From: Planctomycetota bacterium
Lineage (GTDB): Bacteria > Planctomycetota > Brocadiia > Brocadiales > Bathyanammoxibiaceae
Length of the DNA: 22,072 nt
Assembly (NCBI GenBank): GCA_030598065.1
Contig: JAUVQR010000005.1
Coordinates: 1 to 22,072 of the forward strand
Direction of reading: 5' to 3'
Below are positions 17,738 to 22,072 of this stretch, piece after piece; position 1 is the stretch's first letter, and every line of letters begins with the position of its first letter. The notes beneath the pieces were generated by a model, which saw nothing but the letters and a program-made list of their open reading frames with translations, had not been told where the DNA came from and did not search any database. The position numbers were made by a program, and so were the translations under genes.

Positions 17738-18088
17738 ATGCTCTTTCTTGTGAAGGTAGAGATAGAAAAACTTAACCAGATGCCGGTCAAGGATTTTTTT
17801 CAGCTCTTGATAAAGGAATGGGAGTTTTATGAACGGATGAAGAAGAGGGGCAAGGTGCTGGCGGGCGGAAAGCTGGCCGGGAGACGCGGGGCGGCGGCCA
17901 TCTTCGACGCCGAGGACCACGCCGAAATCGAGGCAATCGTGACAAGACTGCCGCTCTTCCCCCTGTTCACAAAGATAGAGATAACGCCGCTGGTGGACCA
18001 GGAAAAGGCCCTGCTGGACGCCCGCAGGATGTTTCAGATGGTGAAAGACCTCGATACCATGATATTCCCCCCGGACAAACCATCATAA
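17738..18088 (+). CDS. Muconolactone delta-isomerase-like small protein (dimeric alpha+beta barrel-like)
   Basis: 116 aa: MLFLVKVEIEKLNQMPV...E...GKVLAGGKLAGRRGAAAIFDAEDHAEIEAIVTRLPLFPLFTKIEITPLVD matches my recollection of the muconolactone isomerase pattern (MLF.V.....MP, SIFDVES..ELHEIL..LPLFP....VTPL). Confidence 0.68.
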   Translation: MLFLVKVEIEKLNQMPVKDFFQLLIKEWEFYERMKKRGKVLAGGKLAGRRGAAAIFDAEDHAEIEAIVTRLPLFPLFTKIEITPLVDQEKALLDARRMFQMVKDLDTMIFPPDKPS

Positions 18089-18159
18089 AATTATAAAATT
18101 AGCGTCCGCGGCAGGGCGCACCCTTATACGCTGCAAGCTACATGCAGAAAGGAAGTCTG

Positions 18160-18893
18160 ATGAAACTGGTAAGGATTCTTCATGCCGTTCTTTTTTTGTT
18201 ATGCCTGACGGCATTGACCCAGGACGTGCGCGCGGAACAGGCGGAAAAAGAGACGGCCGGGAAGCCGCACGTAGACGTAGGCACCTTCCTTCAGGAAACG
18301 TTTAAGATGAAGGTGGGCGGCAATATGAGCACCCTCGCCGCCTGGCTGCCGTTCGAGTTCTACGTGGAATCCGCTTACGCCGAAGGCGGTCAATCCAGGG
18401 AACTCCTGAGAAAAGATTTTCAATTCATACAGCCGTACCTCACCATAATCGTTCAAAGCAGCGTTGACCAGCTGGACGGCACCGCTTCGTACGAGAGTGA
18501 AGAAGCCATCCGCGCAAGGGCCGTGGTGAGACAGAAGGACGTGCCGAGGTCAAGCCGCTGGACGCCAAGGATATACCTCCTATGGTATCTGCCACCATGA
18601 TAGCCATGAAGTCAATATTATCGGCGGAAGGCGACCCCAGCGGGGCCAACATGCACGTCCTGGTGTTTCCAAACAAGGGCAAGGACGGCAAACCCATAAT
18701 CGACGCCACAAAGAAGGGTAAGCTGGTGCTGGTGCTGAAACCCGACAAGCAGTTCAACGAGACCGTGTTTATGTGGCGCACCCCGTTCGACGCGATGACC
18801 GCCGCCCCCCCATGCGCCAAGTGCGGAGAGAACCTTTCCGCCCAGTGGTCATACTGCCCCTGGTGCGGCGCCGAACTGCCCCATACGCACTAA
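18160..18893 (+). pseudogene. Exported protein with C-terminal zinc-ribbon-like motif, apparently split by a single-base frameshift
   Basis: 5' part (to 18600 in frame 1) has signal peptide MKLVRILHAVLFLLCLTALTQDVRA; reading shifts near 18541-18546 into the frame of ORF 18582..18893, giving ...VVRQKD/AEVKPLDAKDIPPMVSATMIAMKSILSAEGDPSGANMHVLVFPNKG...CAKCGENLSAQWSYCPWCGAELPH. Confidence 0.6.
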
Positions 18894-18915
18894 ATGGTAG
18901 ACGACGCGCAGGTGT

Positions 18916-19308
18916 TGTCATTCTGAGCGAAGTACCGGGTAGCGCAGGGTCGTACCGTAGGCAGATTCGCCTTTGGCGAACTTTCGCCCTGCCGTTCTCC
19001 ATGTAGTTGCCCCATTTATGGGACCTTATAAACGCGCTCGATGAATCGAGCAACTACAACCCCTCAATTGCCTCCCGTCACTCAGGTTGTCATTATGAGC
19101 CAAAGCCCTGAGCGCAGCGAAGGGACAGCGAAGGATCTGTCGGGTGCCGTGCCAGAGGCAGGTCCGCCTACAGCGTGACGTTTTAACGTGCCATTATACA
19201 ATCGGGGGAAAAAAAAGGGCACGACATCGTCGTGCCCCTACGTTTATTTTATTATGAAGCGGGTAGCGCAGGGCTTTAGCCCTGCGGCGCCACCTTGAAG
19301 GTTGTTGA
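18916..19308. repeat. Non-coding interval containing short dispersed repeats and hairpins
   Basis: TGTCATTCTGAGCGAAG at 18916 (also at 8775 as TGTCATTCTGAGCGAAG; diverged TGTCATTATGAGC near 19089); exact 13-mer GGGTAGCGCAGGG at 18937 and 19261; palindromes GGGCACGAC-ATC-GTCGTGCCC (19217-19237) and CGCAGGGCT-TT-AGCCCTGCG (19267-19286). Confidence 0.7.
19217..19237. terminator. Hairpin between convergent transcription units, possible terminator
   Basis: GGGCACGAC - ATC - GTCGTGCCC; A-rich run on the 5' side of the plus strand (GGGGGAAAAAAAA), which would read as a U-tract for the minus-strand transcript. Confidence 0.55.
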
Positions 19309-20754
19309 CTACGCCGGGAGTGAGATGGTCCTTTCCTGCGTGGAGTAGGTGTCTTTGTAGTAGTCGCCGGATTCCTGCAGCTTGCGCAGGTTTTCAAGGA
19401 CCTGCAAGAAAACCTGGTCCCAGTCCTGGCTGACCCTGAGGGCGAACATGGAGTTGCGCGGGTCGCTGGTCTCCTGCATCGAGACCCTGAATTTCTTGCG
19501 GATGTTGTCGCCCGCGTACACGTTGTCGTAGACGTACTGCATGCCGTCAACAAACTCGTCCAGCGTCATGTCCACAAACTTGTGGACCACGTTGGCGGTC
19601 TCGTAATACTCCCAGTCCTCCGGCAGATTCCTACGAAACAGCCTTTTTTCGGAATCCAGCCTGTAGAATAACGGCGTCTTGGGAAAGGGACAATCCAGAC
19701 CATACGTAAGGATGTCTACCTTGCAGTCGTGTACAAAATCCACCATCTTCTTGAAAGAATCCTTGTCGTCGCCGTCGGCGCCGAAGACGACCGAGGCCCA
19801 TACGATAAGCCCCGCGTCATGTATCTTCCTGATACACTCCTTATAATTAGTGGCTCCCAGTTTCAGATTCACCCTCTTGCCCATCTTCTTGAGCACTTCG
19901 GGGTTGGTGCTCTCTATGCCTACCAGGAAGCCGAAGTTGCCGGACTTTCTCATCAACTGAAGCGCCTCCGCGTCCTGCGAGATATTGAGCGCGGTAAAGC
20001 CCAGCCAGTCCTTCTTGAGTTCCCTGTCTATCATGCCCCGGAAGAGTTCCTTGGCGCGCTCGGCGGAGCGCACGCTGTGACCGTAGAAATTGTCTTCGGC
20101 GAACATCAGGCCCTTATAGTCGGTGGCCGCCATCTCCTCCAGCACGTCTTCAACGGGCCGCTCACGGTATTTTTGTCCCTGGAAGGTGGGTACGCTGCAG
20201 AAATCGCAGCGGTTGGGGCAACCCTTGGTGGTTACTATAGAAGAGAACTTGTAGCCGTACTTCTTCTTCAAGAGTTCTCTGTCGGGATGTACTTTCTTAA
20301 GGATTGACAGGTGGGGAAGACCGCCGTCGTAGCGTTTCTGGAGCTTACCGGCCTCGAAGTCCTTTATGACCTGCGGCCAGACAGTTTCAGCTTCACCCGT
20401 GATGACCGTATCCACGTACTGCACCGCCTCTTCGGCACACACGGAGGCGTGGATACCGCCCATTATCGTGGTGCAGCCATGTTTCTTGGCCAGCTTGGCG
20501 ATATGGTAGGCGCGCGGGGCCTGATAAGTCAGGGCCGTGAGACATACTATGTCAGGGGGGTCAAAGGTTATATCGTCTCCGGCGTCATTCAGCGCCGACT
20601 CGATGTTCTCGTCTACAACGTCAAACTCCCAATCGTCGCCCGGCGTGAGCGCTGCGATATAGCCCAGATTCAACGGCATCTGGACTATTACGCTTATGCT
20701 CTCCTCGCCGTGACGGCCCGGAGGATGAGGGTTCACGAGCATCATCTTCTTCAT
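19309..20754 (-). CDS. B12-binding-domain-type radical SAM enzyme (paralog 2)
   Basis: 481-aa ORF; MKKMMLVNPHPPGRHGEESISVIVQMPLNLGYIAALTP, VITGEAETVW, CPNRCDFCSVPTFQGQKYRERPVEDVLEEM; clearly homologous to 10840..12318 along the full length. Confidence 0.92.
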   Translation of the reverse strand: MKKMMLVNPHPPGRHGEESISVIVQMPLNLGYIAALTPGDDWEFDVVDENIESALNDAGDDITFDPPDIVCLTALTYQAPRAYHIAKLAKKHGCTTIMGGIHASVCAEEAVQYVDTVITGEAETVWPQVIKDFEAGKLQKRYDGGLPHLSILKKVHPDRELLKKKYGYKFSSIVTTKGCPNRCDFCSVPTFQGQKYRERPVEDVLEEMAATDYKGLMFAEDNFYGHSVRSAERAKELFRGMIDRELKKDWLGFTALNISQDAEALQLMRKSGNFGFLVGIESTNPEVLKKMGKRVNLKLGATNYKECIRKIHDAGLIVWASVVFGADGDDKDSFKKMVDFVHDCKVDILTYGLDCPFPKTPLFYRLDSEKRLFRRNLPEDWEYYETANVVHKFVDMTLDEFVDGMQYVYDNVYAGDNIRKKFRVSMQETSDPRNSMFALRVSQDWDQVFLQVLENLRKLQESGDYYKDTYSTQERTISLPA

Positions 20755-20758
20755 AACC

Positions 20759-22072
20759 TTATCTCCCGTCTCTTAATATCATATTTGCTACCCGCCAACC
20801 GGAAGACACAACCGCACACACTCCCGGCCCGGGGTTGGTCCAATGCCCCGCGAGGTAGAGGTTCTCTACCGGGGTCTTGTTAGCGGTCCTGCCCGGACCC
20901 GTCTGCCCTAACGTGACGGCCCATCCGTAGGCAGCGCCCTTCGCATTCAGCGTATAACGCTCAAGCGTCTTGGGCGTCGCCGCGTCCACCACCTCGATGT
21001 GCTTCTCAAGATTGGGCACAAAACCCTCAAGGTAGCGTATTGTACCCTTCGTAAGTCTATCTTTCAAGTCTTTCCAGTTCTCAATCTCGTCGTATTTTTC
21101 CTCTATAGTGGCCACCACGGTTATCTCCTGCCGGCCTTTTGTCGCAAGCGACTGGTCCACCATGGTAGGCGCCGATATGTACTTCCACTGATGGTTCGGG
21201 CTATGATAAAAGCCTCTCTTAAAATTACTTAGGTTAATTTCCGGGTCAAGCCCCAAATACAGTAGAAAATATGATGGACTTTCCTTCATCCCCCTCATCC
21301 TGTCCATAAACGCGGGGTCAACCTGTTCTTTATCCTTTATCAGTTTAAAAAAAGTCTGTCTGGCGTCAATGTTTGATATTACGTATTCCGCGCCGATATC
21401 GCCGCCCTCATCCAGTCTCACGCCTGCCACCCTGTTGCCCTTGAGAAACATCTCTTCCACCCTGGAAGACAGCAGCAGGTCGCCGCCGGAATCCCTGAGT
21501 TTTTTGGCAAATGCGTCGGCAAAGCCTTGCGTGCCCCCCCTCGGATACCATGCGCCGTCTCTGAGATAGTTCACCAGCATCTGGCACATGCCTATGCTAG
21601 AGACCTCGTGGGCCGGCGAGCCAAGATAACCCCACTGTCCCGCCAGCGTCGCCTTCAGTTCCGGATCGTCGAAGAAGCCGTCCAGCATGGCGCCGTATGT
21701 TTTTTCCCTATACCTCTCAAGGGTGGGGCTACGCTCCGATTCATTTATTATCGCCCTGTAGAGTTTTACGAGCTCGCCGAAGAACCCGGATATGTTCTCC
21801 TTCTCTGCGGGATATCTCTTCTGCAGGGACGACTGATAGTCGTCAATGTCGGCCGGAATCTCTACAGAGAACGAGGGGAATATGAGGTTGTCCATCGGGT
21901 CCAGCCTGAAAAAATCCAATTCTATTTCCAGCTCTTTCAGGCATCTGTCCACGATGCTGTACTTGCCGCAGCCGCCTATATGGTGCACGGCGGCATCGAA
22001 GAGGAATCCCCCGCGTTTGAATGAAGTGCAATAGCCCCCGGGGATATTGTGCTGCTCTACGACCAGCGTCCT
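20759..22072 (-). CDS. CrtI / phytoene-desaturase-like FAD-dependent oxidoreductase, truncated by window edge
   Basis: The frame stays open to position 22072, adding RTLVVEQHNIPGGYCTSFKRGGFLFDAA upstream of the ORF-track start; C-terminal VENLYLAGHWTNPGPGVCAVVSSGWRVANMIL and internal YPRGGTQGFADAFAKKLRDSGGDLLLSSRVEEM are CrtI-like. Confidence 0.88.
   Translation of the reverse strand, partial: RTLVVEQHNIPGGYCTSFKRGGFLFDAAVHHIGGCGKYSIVDRCLKELEIELDFFRLDPMDNLIFPSFSVEIPADIDDYQSSLQKRYPAEKENISGFFGELVKLYRAIINESERSPTLERYREKTYGAMLDGFFDDPELKATLAGQWGYLGSPAHEVSSIGMCQMLVNYLRDGAWYPRGGTQGFADAFAKKLRDSGGDLLLSSRVEEMFLKGNRVAGVRLDEGGDIGAEYVISNIDARQTFFKLIKDKEQVDPAFMDRMRGMKESPSYFLLYLGLDPEINLSNFKRGFYHSPNHQWKYISAPTMVDQSLATKGRQEITVVATIEEKYDEIENWKDLKDRLTKGTIRYLEGFVPNLEKHIEVVDAATPKTLERYTLNAKGAAYGWAVTLGQTGPGRTANKTPVENLYLAGHWTNPGPGVCAVVSSGWRVANMILRDGR

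Noticed and set aside
18894-19308. Possible CRISPR array because of repeated short motifs
   Set aside because: The repeats are short, irregularly spaced, diverged and lack uniform spacers; no cas genes are present.
19729-20307. 192-aa plus-strand ORF antisense to radical SAM paralog 2
   Set aside because: No signatures; same-region opposite frame contains conserved radical SAM motifs.

Overview
The window looks like a planctomycete-type chromosomal segment. I see no rRNA, tRNA, CRISPR array or transposase. The left half is mostly housekeeping on the minus strand: rdgB, rph, argF, argD, a divergent lipoprotein gene, then an mlaD/mlaF/mlaE ABC lipid-transport block whose mlaE start overlaps the argB stop. 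A small membrane-anchored hypothetical gene and a MATE exporter follow. The right half (about 10.3-22.07 kb) is a dense lipid/polyketide-like biosynthetic locus. On the plus strand it has an AcpS-type phosphopantetheinyl transferase, a B12-binding-type radical SAM enzyme and a catalytically intact ketosynthase. The ketosynthase overlaps by ATGA a second ketosynthase that has lost all three catalytic residues (C->F, H->N, H->E; chain-length-factor-like). These are followed by a FadH/old-yellow-enzyme-type dienoyl reductase, a FabG-type reductase, a muconolactone-isomerase-like small protein, and a secreted protein with a C-terminal zinc ribbon that appears split by a frameshift. A convergent minus-strand pair encodes a second paralogous radical SAM enzyme and a CrtI/phytoene-desaturase-like oxidoreductase truncated by the window edge. 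The gene complement resembles that proposed for ladderane lipid synthesis in anammox planctomycetes, but product and function are inference. No ACP, dehydratase or acyltransferase is visible in the window.
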